64,000 nt of DNA. Origin: Candidatus Woesearchaeota archaeon (lineage in GTDB: Archaea > Nanobdellota > Nanobdellia > Pacearchaeales > GW2011-AR1). Of the stretch, positions 19,465 to 30,352 are shown one piece after another (position 1 is the first letter of the stretch; every line of letters starts with the position of its first letter). The notes under the pieces were generated by a model. The model had not been told where the DNA came from and ran no database searches. It saw only the letters and a program-made list of their open reading frames with translations. The stretch spans positions 17-64,016 of the forward strand of contig CAYHEN010000001.1 in assembly GCA_964355745.1 (NCBI GenBank). Direction: 5' to 3'. A program made the position numbers and the translations under genes.

Positions 19465-20586
19465 TTAATATTTGATATCATAAGCAGGGCATAATGCACA
19501 TTCCTTAGGACATTTATTTTCTCTTATCATTTTTCTCATTTGGACATATCTCGGAGAATACCAAATTTCCCTGAATGGCTTTTCCAAAACATTTCCAAGA
19601 GACAATTTTTTCTGCCAGTCTCTTGCATTGGCTTCATTCTGAGCACAGCAGGGAGTTATATGTCCTGTTACAAAAATAAAAGGCATTATGTATTCCTTAC
19701 ACCTATTTATAGGGGGTTTTTTTATTAAACCTTCTGCCTCTTGCTTTGCAGACATATTTACAGTTATAGGTATTTTGTATTTCTCTGCTTTCCTCTTAAT
19801 TCTCTCTACATAATTTTCGTCTATTTTAACAGCATATTTTTTAGCTTCTTTGAAATCATGCAACATAGGAGTAACAAGAATCTCTCCAATCTCTGTATTC
19901 AGAGAATGAACAAAATCCAGAAAATCAAAAATCTCCTCTTTTGATTCGCTTGTTATGATATAATGAAAATTTAGTATAGGAAATCTCTTTTTCATTTTTT
20001 TCTTGATGTTGACAAAGGTTTTAATGTTCTTTTTAATTTTTTCGTAATCGCTTCCAACACAAACCCTCTCAAAAGAGCTCTTTGAGGCGCCGTAAGTTGA
20101 AACAAACTGAAAATCAGGACCTATTTCAATAAGTTCTTTTATCTGATTATCGTCCTTGAAATGTGCAAAATGGTCCATTACTTCTACTATTGTCCCTTTT
20201 GACTTAGCATAGGTAAGCATTTTATGAAAATCTTTATTCAAATAAGAGGAACCTATTCCTGTCAAGCCTAGCCATTTTGGTTTTCCGAAATCATCAAATA
20301 TTTTCTTGAATTGCTGAAGATTCATATTTTTAGACGGTTCTTTCCAAAAAGTATGCTCGCAGCACAGACAACGGAAATTGCAGATAGTAGTAGGCTCTAT
20401 TTCCAAAAATGGAGGGAATAAATCAATTCCTAATTTCGGAAATAATTTGTTTAGCAAAAATGCTGCTGTTTTTCTGTTCCACCACAATGGATAGATCCAA
20501 AACATATTGTAAATCTCTCTAAATTTTCCAGCAATAACAAAATTAGAAAAGAGTTTAATCTTATGACTCATAGACATTGTTGGCAT
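19465..20586 (-). CDS. Radical SAM/SPASM(twitch) enzyme
   Basis: CNFRCLCC; C-terminal C...PCC...LGNV...ECALC. Confidence 0.88.
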   Translation of the reverse strand: MPTMSMSHKIKLFSNFVIAGKFREIYNMFWIYPLWWNRKTAAFLLNKLFPKLGIDLFPPFLEIEPTTICNFRCLCCEHTFWKEPSKNMNLQQFKKIFDDFGKPKWLGLTGIGSSYLNKDFHKMLTYAKSKGTIVEVMDHFAHFKDDNQIKELIEIGPDFQFVSTYGASKSSFERVCVGSDYEKIKKNIKTFVNIKKKMKKRFPILNFHYIITSESKEEIFDFLDFVHSLNTEIGEILVTPMLHDFKEAKKYAVKIDENYVERIKRKAEKYKIPITVNMSAKQEAEGLIKKPPINRCKEYIMPFIFVTGHITPCCAQNEANARDWQKKLSLGNVLEKPFREIWYSPRYVQMRKMIRENKCPKECALCPAYDIKY

Positions 20587-20692
20587 TTCAGAAAAAAAGG
20601 ATATTCATTTATAAAGATTGTTGATGAATACTAAATAGAAGATATATCTTTGATACATAAATCTATTTAAATATAATTTATGCTTTTTATTT

Positions 20693-21736
20693 ATGCCAAA
20701 AGTTCTTGTAACAGGGGGATGTGGATTTTTAGGCAGCCATATCTGCGAAATGTATATAAAAAAAGGCTGGGAAGTAATTGCTTATGATAATTTAACAAAG
20801 CATGAGTTTGCAAGGAACCCTTATATGAAGCCAGAAGCAAGATACCACAATCAAAAGTTATTGGAAAAAATAGGAATAAGGGTCGCTGTTGAAGACATAA
20901 GAAACAAAGAAGCATTAATGAAACATACAGAAGGATGTGATTATATATGTCATACTGCTAGCCAGCCAACAATGACTCTTAGCTTGGAAGAGCCTGAACT
21001 GGATTTTTCAACAAATCTTATTGGAACATTTAATGTATTGGAAGCTGCAAGAAGATTCAAAATTCCTGTTGCTTCATGCAATTCTGTGCATTGCTATGGT
21101 CCTGATAAAATTAATTCTGAACTAAGTGAGAGAGAAACAAGGTATGTCAGAGAGCCAGTTGCAATAGATGAGAATGAACCCTTATTGCAGGGAGTTGTAA
21201 CTCCTCTTCACGCTTCAAAATCCTCTGCTGAGAATTATGTGAGGTGTTATATTGATACCTTCAAGATTAAGGCTGCAAGTTTTAGACTCACAGGAATTTA
21301 TGGAGAGAACCAGTTTGGAGGAGAAGACCATGGATGGGTTGCGAATTTTGCAATCAGGAACCATCTTGAAATGCCATTAACTATTTTTGGAACAGGAAAA
21401 CAGGTTAGAGATATTTTGTATGCAACAGACGTTGCAGAAGCATTTGATGCATTTCACAGAAATCAAAAACCCGGAATCTACAATATTGGGGGTGGAGGAA
21501 AGACTATGGTTTCTCTACTTGAATGCATCAGTTTAATAGACAAAATCTCTAGAAAAAAGTCTGATATAAGATTTGACAAAGACAGATTTGGAGATTTGAG
21601 ATATTATGTTTCTGATATAAGCAAGGCAAAAAAAGAACTGGATTGGAACCCAAAAGTTCTTCCTGAAGAAGGCGTCAGTAAATTGATAGGATGGATAAAG
21701 GGTAATGAAGATTTATTCATAAGAAGTTTATCTTAA
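20693..21736 (+). CDS. NAD-dependent NDP-sugar epimerase (CDP-paratose 2-epimerase-like)
   Basis: TGGCGFLG, YGENQFGGEDHGWVA, GTGKQVRD. The catalytic YxxxK position reads HASK. Confidence 0.8.
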   Translation: MPKVLVTGGCGFLGSHICEMYIKKGWEVIAYDNLTKHEFARNPYMKPEARYHNQKLLEKIGIRVAVEDIRNKEALMKHTEGCDYICHTASQPTMTLSLEEPELDFSTNLIGTFNVLEAARRFKIPVASCNSVHCYGPDKINSELSERETRYVREPVAIDENEPLLQGVVTPLHASKSSAENYVRCYIDTFKIKAASFRLTGIYGENQFGGEDHGWVANFAIRNHLEMPLTIFGTGKQVRDILYATDVAEAFDAFHRNQKPGIYNIGGGGKTMVSLLECISLIDKISRKKSDIRFDKDRFGDLRYYVSDISKAKKELDWNPKVLPEEGVSKLIGWIKGNEDLFIRSLS

Positions 21737-21769
21737 TTAAATTTATAAGAGCTATATTTATTTTATTTT

Positions 21770-23131
21770 ATGGCAAAAATAGTATTAGTAAACGCAGGGA
21801 CAAAGTATGAATACGGAGTTCATGAACCTTTGAATTTATTGGTTTTAGCGGCATATGTTAAAAAATTTGGACACGAAGCTTTTATTGCAGACCAGATAGC
21901 AGGAGAAAATATTTTTAAAAAAATTAAAAAAATAAGGCCGGATTTTGTCGGCATAACTGCCACAACAGCAGTTATAAGCGATGCCTATAAAATAGCTGAC
22001 TGGTGTAAGAAAAAGGGATTTAAAACAATATTAGGAGGAGTGCATGTTACTGTTTTGTCAGAAGAAGGATTGAAACATGCAGATTATGTTGTTAAGAACG
22101 AAGGAGAAGATGCCCTAATAAAAATTTTAGAAGGAAAAGCAGAGAAAGGAATAGTAACTGGAAACACGATAATAAATCTGGATACTCTCCCCGAACTTGA
22201 CAGAGATTTGATAAATATTAAACACTATCAAAAAGGCAAAGACAGGAGTCCTGGAACACATTTGCATTTTGTTCCTCCAAACACAAAATTAAATTCTATT
22301 CTCGCAACAAGAGGATGTCCATATAACTGCATTTTCTGCCATAACAGTTGGAGAGGGTTGCCTGTAAGAATGAATTCTGCAAAAAGAATAATTGAAGAGA
22401 TGAAAGAACTTGAAAACAAATATGCAACAGAAGCTGTTTTTTTTATGGATGATGATTTTTTATGTAATAAATCACGAACAAAAGAGTTTTGTGAATTGTA
22501 CAAAGAAGAAGAGCTTAAGATAATTTGGGGATGTCAGGCGAGGGTTACTTCTCGGGGATTAGAATTATTAAAAGAACTAAAAGAAGCAAATTGTAAGCAA
22601 ATTACTTTTGGACTTGAGTCTGGGAACCAAAGAGTGTTGAGCCTTTTAAAAAATGACACTACAACAGTCAAACAAAATAAAGAAGCAATAAAAAAGGTGA
22701 AAGAAGCAGGAATCTTGGCTTGTGGCAGTTTTATGATTGGAAATCCTAGTGAGACAGAAGAGGAAATTTCGGAAACTAGGCAATTCATTTTAGAAAATGA
22801 TTTAGATGGGTTTGGTTTAAGCATAACAACACCATTTCCAGGAACAAAATTGTGGAAGATGTGTGAAGAAAGGGGGATTATCCCAAAAGAAATAGATTGG
22901 AAAAATTTTAATTTGAATAAACTGACCTTTGCACTTAGTGATATCTCTCCCCAGAGGATGGAAGAAATTCACAAAGAGTTTCTTAATCTGGTATTAGAAA
23001 GAAATCCTGGAATGGCTCCAAAAAATGTTTTAAGAGTTGCCATAAAACATCCAAGTAAAGCCCTGAAAAGACTGATAAAAGACCCGAAATCAATAAGGAT
23101 ATTGCTAAAGAGAATTATCAAAAGAAAATGA
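21770..23131 (+). CDS. B12-binding radical SAM enzyme
   Basis: EPLNLLVLAA, GGVHVT, EGE; TRGCPYNCIFC. Confidence 0.9.
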   Translation: MAKIVLVNAGTKYEYGVHEPLNLLVLAAYVKKFGHEAFIADQIAGENIFKKIKKIRPDFVGITATTAVISDAYKIADWCKKKGFKTILGGVHVTVLSEEGLKHADYVVKNEGEDALIKILEGKAEKGIVTGNTIINLDTLPELDRDLINIKHYQKGKDRSPGTHLHFVPPNTKLNSILATRGCPYNCIFCHNSWRGLPVRMNSAKRIIEEMKELENKYATEAVFFMDDDFLCNKSRTKEFCELYKEEELKIIWGCQARVTSRGLELLKELKEANCKQITFGLESGNQRVLSLLKNDTTTVKQNKEAIKKVKEAGILACGSFMIGNPSETEEEISETRQFILENDLDGFGLSITTPFPGTKLWKMCEERGIIPKEIDWKNFNLNKLTFALSDISPQRMEEIHKEFLNLVLERNPGMAPKNVLRVAIKHPSKALKRLIKDPKSIRILLKRIIKRK

Positions 23132-24312
23132 AAAAGATTAAAGTCATTATGATTGCCCATTGCTCGCATTCTTATTTTCTTGGAGAAGGAGAAAAAGATT
23201 TGAAAAAGCTTTTTTTAAATGATTGGTATGTAAAAACAGCAAAACAATTAAATAAATTTTACTCAGAAATTGAGGTTGAATGCTGGGCGCCTGAAAAGCT
23301 TAACAATGAAATAGAAGAAATAGTTCTGGAAGAAGTAAAATTCAAGTTTTTCCCGGTTAACTTTTCTCCTATCTATGCTTTAGATTTGTCTATGCCAATG
23401 TTAAAGGAATTAAAAAAAGAAATAAAGAAAAGCGAAGCAGAAGATTATAAATTGATAATTCATATTCATGAAATTCACAATCTTCATGGATTATTGATAG
23501 CCACTCTGTTTAAAAAGCAGAAAATCATAGTACAGCACCACGGAGGAAGTTGGCCTTTAAAGCATTTAAAGCAAACAAAAAGATACAAACTATTTTTCCC
23601 TCTTTTTATTTTAGCGCAAATATGGGAAAATTCAGTTTTGCATAATGTTAGTTGTTTTTATGCTTTAAGTGAAGATGAAATGAATTACCTAAAAAGAGTT
23701 GCTCCTAATTCAAAAATAAAATTTCAAACAATGGGGATTGATGATGAATACTTCAAGAAAGTCGATAAAAAAACAGCAAGAAAAAAATTAGGGTTGCCTT
23801 TGAACAAAAAAATTTTAATTTACATTGGGAGAATCAATGACATTAAAGGAATCGGTTTTTTATTAGAAGCCATGAATAAGTTAAAAAAAGAAGATATTTT
23901 GTTAAAAATAATTGGATTTGGTCCTCAGGAAGACAAATTCAAAAAATATGTTCAAGAGAACGATTTAAAAAATGTAGAATTTTTGGGTGGTGTTTTTGGA
24001 GAGAAAAAGTTATTGTATTTAAGCGCTGTTGATGTTTTTGTTCTTCCTTCATCAAAAGAAGGGGCTCCTGTTACAGTTATGGAAGCCCTCGCAAGAAATT
24101 TGCCTGTTGTGATTACCAATGTAGGGGGAACAGGTTTAATGGTCAAAAATAAAAGAGAAGGAATAATAATCTCCCCAAAAAAAACCGAGGAGATTGTTGA
24201 AGGAATTAAAGAAGTATTGAAATGGAAAGAAAAAGACATAAGAAAGTATGCAGAAATTTATAAATGGAAAAAAATAATTAAAGGAACAGTTAAGGATTAC
24301 TACACGAATTAA
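23128..24312 (+). CDS. GT4 glycosyltransferase
   Basis: GRINDIKG; EGAPVTVMEA (EX7E). Confidence 0.9.
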   Translation: MKKIKVIMIAHCSHSYFLGEGEKDLKKLFLNDWYVKTAKQLNKFYSEIEVECWAPEKLNNEIEEIVLEEVKFKFFPVNFSPIYALDLSMPMLKELKKEIKKSEAEDYKLIIHIHEIHNLHGLLIATLFKKQKIIVQHHGGSWPLKHLKQTKRYKLFFPLFILAQIWENSVLHNVSCFYALSEDEMNYLKRVAPNSKIKFQTMGIDDEYFKKVDKKTARKKLGLPLNKKILIYIGRINDIKGIGFLLEAMNKLKKEDILLKIIGFGPQEDKFKKYVQENDLKNVEFLGGVFGEKKLLYLSAVDVFVLPSSKEGAPVTVMEALARNLPVVITNVGGTGLMVKNKREGIIISPKKTEEIVEGIKEVLKWKEKDIRKYAEIYKWKKIIKGTVKDYYTN

Positions 24313-24392
24313 AATGCTAATACAAAGAATAATATTCTATTTGAAAACCAAGAGTTCGATTAGGTCTAAAATGTAAATAATAATTGCAAAAA

Positions 24393-24884
24393 ATGAAAAA
24401 ACTTAATTTTGGGTGCGGAGATTTGATATGGGAAGGATATGATAACTTTGACATACAAAAAGACCCAAGATTAACTAAAAATTTTGATTTTAATAAATTT
24501 CCTTATCCTATAAAAGATAATACTTATGATTATGTATGGAGTAGAAGCGTATTGGAACATTTAAACGAGCCAGATAAGGTATTAAAAGAATTATGGAGAA
24601 TATGCAAGAAAAACGCTATTATAGAAATAATAGTTCCTTATTACAATAATAAATCTGCATTTTCAGATATGCAGCATAAACATTTTTTCTCTGATGCAAC
24701 ATTCAAGGTATTTGTAGATGAGGGAGCGGTTATAAATAAAAAAGGATATTATAAGATAGAATGTTTAGAACTAGTTCCTACAATTATTGGGAAATTCTTT
24801 CCTAAAAAATTAAGAGAAAAACTTTCTTTGTTTCTTGGAGGGGTAATCTCCTATGTTCATGTGAAGTTAAAGGTAAACAAATAA
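24393..24884 (+). CDS. Class I SAM-dependent methyltransferase (short type-11-like)
   Basis: LNFGCG, VLEHL, IVPYY...DMQH. Confidence 0.8.
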   Translation: MKKLNFGCGDLIWEGYDNFDIQKDPRLTKNFDFNKFPYPIKDNTYDYVWSRSVLEHLNEPDKVLKELWRICKKNAIIEIIVPYYNNKSAFSDMQHKHFFSDATFKVFVDEGAVINKKGYYKIECLELVPTIIGKFFPKKLREKLSLFLGGVISYVHVKLKVNK

Positions 24885-25646
24885 TCATTTCTTTTTGCAT
24901 ATTGCAGTATAATTGATTGTTCCATACAACCCCAACATTGCAGGAATCTTGATTGTGAGTTTCTTTTCTCTTTTCTTCATCTTTTTCATCTCTTCAAGAC
25001 TATCGCAAGAACCAATGTCTCTTCCTATCTCTTCATAAGTTGTTGAAAAATCTTTAGAGAGAAGATGTTTCAAGTCTTTTATTAGGAACATGAAAGGATG
25101 ATGAATGTTGAATATATTTCCTGTCAAAGATTTTTTTATTGTTCCATAGATATTTGCAATTCTGATAAAATTTTTCTGATAGAACAAATTTTCAAAGTGA
25201 AAGATTCCCTTACCTTTTAACACTCTTTTTATTTCAGACAGGGCTTTTTCTGGCTGCTCTACATGGTCTAGCACATTTGCTAAAATTATTACATCAAAAT
25301 AATTATCTTTAAATGGCAATTTCTCTGTTCTTCCTTCTATAAATAAAATTGAATCATAATTCAAACCAAATTTCTTTTTGTAAAAATCTGCCAAGGGATC
25401 AATGGCATATCTTTTTCCTATAGAAATATAATTGATAACATCTTCTGGGCCGCAGCCTATCTGCAAAATCTTGGAATTTTTGTTTAATTTAAGGAATTTT
25501 TTCCATTCGTCCTCTAAAATTTTTGCCTTTTTTTCATGTCTTTCTGCTTCTTCTTTCAAAAGAGTATCTTTTGTGAAGCCTTCCCAGTATTCTCTCTCTG
25601 AATCTTGTGCAATTTCCCAACGTTTAGAGCCAACTGTATTGTTCAT
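24885..25646 (-). CDS. Class I SAM-dependent methyltransferase
   Basis: LQIGCGP, IDP, LPFKDNYFD, NVLDHV. Confidence 0.85.
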   Translation of the reverse strand: MNNTVGSKRWEIAQDSEREYWEGFTKDTLLKEEAERHEKKAKILEDEWKKFLKLNKNSKILQIGCGPEDVINYISIGKRYAIDPLADFYKKKFGLNYDSILFIEGRTEKLPFKDNYFDVIILANVLDHVEQPEKALSEIKRVLKGKGIFHFENLFYQKNFIRIANIYGTIKKSLTGNIFNIHHPFMFLIKDLKHLLSKDFSTTYEEIGRDIGSCDSLEEMKKMKKREKKLTIKIPAMLGLYGTINYTAICKKK

Positions 25647-25651
25647 TTTAT

Positions 25652-26722
25652 TTAATTTAAGATTTTTTCAGTATACTCCTTTTTCCAGATATCATCATCA
25701 TAATTTTCCATTACAAATTTCCTTGATTTGTCTGAAAGTTCCTTTCTCTCTAAATTTGAAAGATTAAAAAAGTCTTTAATGGCTTGATTCATTTTTTCCT
25801 TGTTTATTTTAACCTTAATTGCATATTCTATTGACTTAACAGGCAAAATATCTGAAATTATTACAGGAGTGGCGCAAGCCATTGCTTCTCTTGGAACTAC
25901 CGGCAAACCCTCAATTCTCGTTGGAAAAAAACATAAATCAGCTGCATTGTAATAATTCACCAGTTCTTTGTTAGGCTTTGGAGGCAAGAGAATAAGATTT
26001 GGGAAATTAATATGCTTAAAACTATTGTCTACTATGTTTCCTATAATGATAAATTTTTTGTCTGGATTTTTCTCTATAACATAAGAGAGTATGTCAGAAC
26101 CTTTTAAGAATCCTATTCTTCCTACATAGATTATTACTCTATCCTCTTTTTTTAATCCTAATTTTTTTCTGATTTTATTCTTATCTTTTGGGTAAAATCT
26201 CTTTGTTGAGAGAGTTGGAGGAAGATAGAAAACTTTTTTCCTTGAAAGAGACAAGTATTTCTTAACTAAATTTACCAAATCTTTTGATGGGAGGATTATT
26301 TTTTTAGGAAAGGGTGAAAAAAGATATGAAAAAAACACTTCAAAAATCCCAATTAACCTCGTGTAAAGAGGACCTACTTTAAATCCTTCTACAGGATTTC
26401 CCAAATTAAAGTATAGAAAATGAGTTTTTGAAAAGAGAGTTGAAAATAAAAGAACAAACTCTTCATAAGGCAATAAACCTAAACTAATCAACCTCTGAAT
26501 TTTATTTTTTCTGCAAAATCTTCTCAATGCAACAAAAGAACCTATTTTAGAGCAGTCAGTATTCACAACCCTTATTCTGTCAAATTTGTAGGAATTTTTG
26601 TGATGTTTGGTTGTAAACAAAAAAACTTCTGTATCTGTTGGAAGAGCTTTTTCCAGATATTTAAGCATGACTTCTCTGTTTGCTGAGTAACTAAAAGTAA
26701 AAATGCAGAGTTTTTTTATCAT
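25652..26722 (-). CDS. GT4 glycosyltransferase
   Basis: VGRIGFLKG; EGLPVVPREA. Confidence 0.9.
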   Translation of the reverse strand: MIKKLCIFTFSYSANREVMLKYLEKALPTDTEVFLFTTKHHKNSYKFDRIRVVNTDCSKIGSFVALRRFCRKNKIQRLISLGLLPYEEFVLLFSTLFSKTHFLYFNLGNPVEGFKVGPLYTRLIGIFEVFFSYLFSPFPKKIILPSKDLVNLVKKYLSLSRKKVFYLPPTLSTKRFYPKDKNKIRKKLGLKKEDRVIIYVGRIGFLKGSDILSYVIEKNPDKKFIIIGNIVDNSFKHINFPNLILLPPKPNKELVNYYNAADLCFFPTRIEGLPVVPREAMACATPVIISDILPVKSIEYAIKVKINKEKMNQAIKDFFNLSNLERKELSDKSRKFVMENYDDDIWKKEYTEKILN

Positions 26723-26795
26723 TATTTCTTGATAAATAGAACATATATAAAGATTATGAAGAAATGTTTATATACGCGTTGTTAGGAAAGAATAT

Positions 26796-27860
26796 ATGGC
26801 CTATAAAATAATGAGATTGACAAAATATTATGATGCCCTCAGAACAAACACTCCTTTCTTTAAAACTTCAAGCAAACAAAAAGCAAGAATTCTGTTTAAC
26901 ATATTAAAATTCTTTATAGACAAAGGAAAATTTGTCATAAGAAACAGGCCAGTAGTGGCTCAGATAGAACCAAATTCTACCTGCAATTTGAAATGCGAAA
27001 TGTGCATCAGAGAGAAGATAGGAGTTCCTATAGGAACTATGAATTTTGAAGATTTTAAAAAGATTTTAGAAAAGTTAGATTGTCTATTTAAAATCCATTT
27101 GTCTGGGCAAGGAGAGCCATTCTTAAACAAGGATTTTTTTAAAATGGTAGAATATGCAAATCAAAGAGGAATTTTAGTGAATACGAATACTAATGCCACT
27201 CTTTTAGATGAGGAAGCGATAAGAAAAATCTGTGATGTGGACATGGGAGAAATCGGAATTTCAATAGAATCTCCTGAAGAAAAAACATATGAAAAAATAA
27301 GGAAGGGTGCAAAGTTTGAAGAACTCATGAGAAATATAAAAAATCTGACTAAAAAAATAAAAGAAGAAAATAAAAAAACAATTGTAAGTTTTGCAATAAC
27401 AATATTAAAAGAAAATGTTGATGATATCCCTAAATTTGTAAAGTTAGCAGAAAGAGTCGGAATTAAAAAGATAGTTTTTCAGACAATGCAAAACAAGGAA
27501 GATTATCTCTCTAAATACAGTGCAAAGACAAGAAAGCAGGGGGTTTTTGATCTGGCAGGAAAGATAGAGGAAAAGATGGGAGAAGCTGTAGAAATAGCAA
27601 AAGAAAAAGGAATAATCTTAATTTTTGACGAAGGAAAAAGCAGTACAGGATGCGTTTGGCCATGGAGGAGCATCTATATCAGTTGGAATGGATTTGTTAC
27701 TGCCTGTTGCAAAATACTGGATTACAGAACCCCTTATCTTGGAAATATCCTCAAAGAAGATTTGTGGAAAGTGTGGAATGGAGACGAATATCAAAAATTC
27801 AGAAGATTGCTAAAAGACAGAAAAGCTCCTCTTCCTTGCAGAGGATGCAGCATGGTTTAA
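26796..27860 (+). CDS. Radical SAM/SPASM(twitch) enzyme
   Basis: CNLKCEMC, GQGEP; CVWPW...ACC...LGNI...CRGC. Confidence 0.9.
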   Translation: MAYKIMRLTKYYDALRTNTPFFKTSSKQKARILFNILKFFIDKGKFVIRNRPVVAQIEPNSTCNLKCEMCIREKIGVPIGTMNFEDFKKILEKLDCLFKIHLSGQGEPFLNKDFFKMVEYANQRGILVNTNTNATLLDEEAIRKICDVDMGEIGISIESPEEKTYEKIRKGAKFEELMRNIKNLTKKIKEENKKTIVSFAITILKENVDDIPKFVKLAERVGIKKIVFQTMQNKEDYLSKYSAKTRKQGVFDLAGKIEEKMGEAVEIAKEKGIILIFDEGKSSTGCVWPWRSIYISWNGFVTACCKILDYRTPYLGNILKEDLWKVWNGDEYQKFRRLLKDRKAPLPCRGCSMV

Positions 27861-28480
27861 TCTTTTGATTTTAAAACATACAAAACATCTCTTACAAACG
27901 CCTGGGGAAATAAATAAGCAAGAAATTTCTTCATTGATTGTGGGATTAATCTTGGCTTTACCGGAAGGAGATAAATTCTTGTTAAAATTTCAAAGCCATT
28001 ATTTTTTAGAAATTTTTCTCCTGACTTTATGGGAAAATAGTGCAAATGTCCATAAGGAGCAAATGGATTTTCTGTAAGATGTCTATTTAATAAAAACCTT
28101 ATTTTGTTTAGAATGTGATAATCATTTGGCAGACTAACAATAATCTTCCCATCTTTTTTTAATCTCTTTTTAGAATCAAGGAGAAGTTTTTGAGGATTTA
28201 CAATATGTTCTAGCACATCAAGGAGAAGAATGAAGTCAAATTTTTCATTTTTGAATGGGAGTTCATTTTTGTTCAAATCTGCTTGTTTTGCCTTTATGCC
28301 TTTTTTTACTAGTTCTGAAATCAGTTCCTCATCAATATCTATACCATAATAAAATGGGTTTTTTAGAAAATCTTTTATCTTCCCATTGTTGCATCCTATA
28401 TCTAAAATTTTTGAATTTTCTTGAATGAATTTTGAGACTTGGGTAAATTTTTCCTTGACAAAAGATTCATGGCTATTCAT
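27857..28480 (-). CDS. Class I SAM-dependent methyltransferase
   Basis: LDIGCNNG, DVLEHI, SLPN. Confidence 0.88.
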   Translation of the reverse strand: MNSHESFVKEKFTQVSKFIQENSKILDIGCNNGKIKDFLKNPFYYGIDIDEELISELVKKGIKAKQADLNKNELPFKNEKFDFILLLDVLEHIVNPQKLLLDSKKRLKKDGKIIVSLPNDYHILNKIRFLLNRHLTENPFAPYGHLHYFPIKSGEKFLKNNGFEILTRIYLLPVKPRLIPQSMKKFLAYLFPQAFVRDVLYVLKSKD

Positions 28481-28554
28481 CGGTTAAATAAATTGCATCT
28501 GCTTAAAAACTTTTATATAATTAAATTTTTATACCCTTACCTTTTGGTAGAAAC

Positions 28555-29325
28555 ATGATATATCTCACAGGAGATGTCCATTCCAGAATAAAAGAAAACT
28601 GGGAACAGAAAATATCTGGAAATGAATTAGATGCTGCAAAGAGATATTTAGAAATTTTGAAAAGAAATAAATTATCCTCAACCTTATTTATCAATGGGAA
28701 ATGCTTGGATGAAAGCCCTGAAAAAGTTAAAGAATTGTTAAAGTATGATGTTGAAATAGGGGGGCACACTTATGATAATTTTGGCAATTTTGGAATAATA
28801 AAAAGTTACATCAACAGAAAACTTTTTGGATGTGTTTATGGCTCAAAAAGATTCCAAAAAAAGGACATAAAAAAAACTAAGAAAGCATTTGAGAATTTTG
28901 GATTAGAAATGAAAAGCTGGAGAACACATGCATTTAACTCAAATAGAACAACATTCAGGATATTAAAGGAAAATAACATAAAGTATGTTTCTGATTTGAT
29001 TGGAGACATAAAACCTCACGGAGAGAAAATTATTCATGTCCCTATAAACATCCCTGTTGACGTTGTCACAATCGCCTATGGAGAAACAAAGCCAGAAAAC
29101 AGAAATCCTTTTGCTTCTTGCACTAAAGGAAGAATTAAAGCAGAAGAATGGTTTGAAATCATTAAAAAAAGAATTGTTGATAATGAGAAAAATAAGATAG
29201 ATAGTGTTCTCTTGATTCACCCAATAACAATGAAGGTATTAGATGATTTTGAATTATTTGAAAAAATAGCTAAATTCTTGTTTAAATATAAATCTGGAAA
29301 AATTGAAGAATTTAAACTTAATTAA
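28555..29325 (+). CDS. Polysaccharide deacetylase (NodB/CE4-like) protein
   Basis: LTGDVH, EIGGHTY, WRTH, LLIHP. Confidence 0.75.
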   Translation: MIYLTGDVHSRIKENWEQKISGNELDAAKRYLEILKRNKLSSTLFINGKCLDESPEKVKELLKYDVEIGGHTYDNFGNFGIIKSYINRKLFGCVYGSKRFQKKDIKKTKKAFENFGLEMKSWRTHAFNSNRTTFRILKENNIKYVSDLIGDIKPHGEKIIHVPINIPVDVVTIAYGETKPENRNPFASCTKGRIKAEEWFEIIKKRIVDNEKNKIDSVLLIHPITMKVLDDFELFEKIAKFLFKYKSGKIEEFKLN

Positions 29326-30259
29326 TATCTTTAATCTCAACACTAGTATGCCCTAGTTCTTGATTTGAGTTTGATTTTGATTTTACATCACAAGGATTAC
29401 AATTTCCATATTTATCACAGGATTTAAAAATATCCTGTATTTCAAATTCCGGATTTAAAATATTCCCTACTGCATTTTCTTGATTATATAAATCTCTGTG
29501 ACATCTAAAAACATCCCCATTTGGGCCAATGATAAGTTCTGATGTTTTACACACACAGAATTTTGTTTTGTCTTGAAATAAAGAATCTGGATATTTTGTA
29601 TAATTTCCTCTTTTCATAACAAAGGAACTTCCAAAATCGTCTTTTCCCTCATATTTCCCTATAAAAGATTTTACTCTGAAGCTTAATCCATTATTTCTGC
29701 ATTCTATACCCATCTGTTCTATTGCTCTTCCCTGCTCGTCACTTGGGTAATTCACAACCTCTATTCCTGCATTAAAACCTGCATTTTTTAATCTTAAAAT
29801 ATTTTTCATAAGTTCTTTTCCATCTCCCATTTGTTCGGGGTGATAAGAAACCCGTATAGAGGGGTATTTAGGATTACCACTTATCCTTTTAGAATCAATT
29901 TCAGAAATAAACTTATCCAATAACCCCTGCGTCCAATAAAGATTTGTTAAAATATTAATTCCAAGTTCGGGTTTAATATTTTTTATAATATAAAGAAAAT
30001 CTGGGTGTATTGTAGGCTCCCCTCCGCTAAAAGTTAATGGAACATTCAGAGAGATTATCCTATTTAAACCTCTTATCCATTCTTCCCCAGAGATTTCTTT
30101 AGAAAGACGGGAAAAGTTTTTATCATTAGCATTGATACAATAACTGCAATTTAGAGTGCACCTAAAAGTGGGGAAAATTGCTATGTATTTATAGGTTTCA
30201 GGAATAATTATTGGTTTCATTTTAAGAAAACAACTATATAAGTTAAAAAGCTTTTCCAT
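29318..30259 (-). CDS. Radical SAM enzyme with twitch/SPASM domain
   Basis: CTLNCSYC, SGGEPT; C...GDVFRCH...GNI...CNPCD. Confidence 0.88.
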   Translation of the reverse strand: MEKLFNLYSCFLKMKPIIIPETYKYIAIFPTFRCTLNCSYCINANDKNFSRLSKEISGEEWIRGLNRIISLNVPLTFSGGEPTIHPDFLYIIKNIKPELGINILTNLYWTQGLLDKFISEIDSKRISGNPKYPSIRVSYHPEQMGDGKELMKNILRLKNAGFNAGIEVVNYPSDEQGRAIEQMGIECRNNGLSFRVKSFIGKYEGKDDFGSSFVMKRGNYTKYPDSLFQDKTKFCVCKTSELIIGPNGDVFRCHRDLYNQENAVGNILNPEFEIQDIFKSCDKYGNCNPCDVKSKSNSNQELGHTSVEIKDIN

Positions 30260-30352
30260 CTTTTAATATAATAAAAAATGGTTCTTTTTCCAGATTATAG
30301 CTTATACACTAATAATATGAATATTTAAAAACAGACATAATAGAAGTGATTT

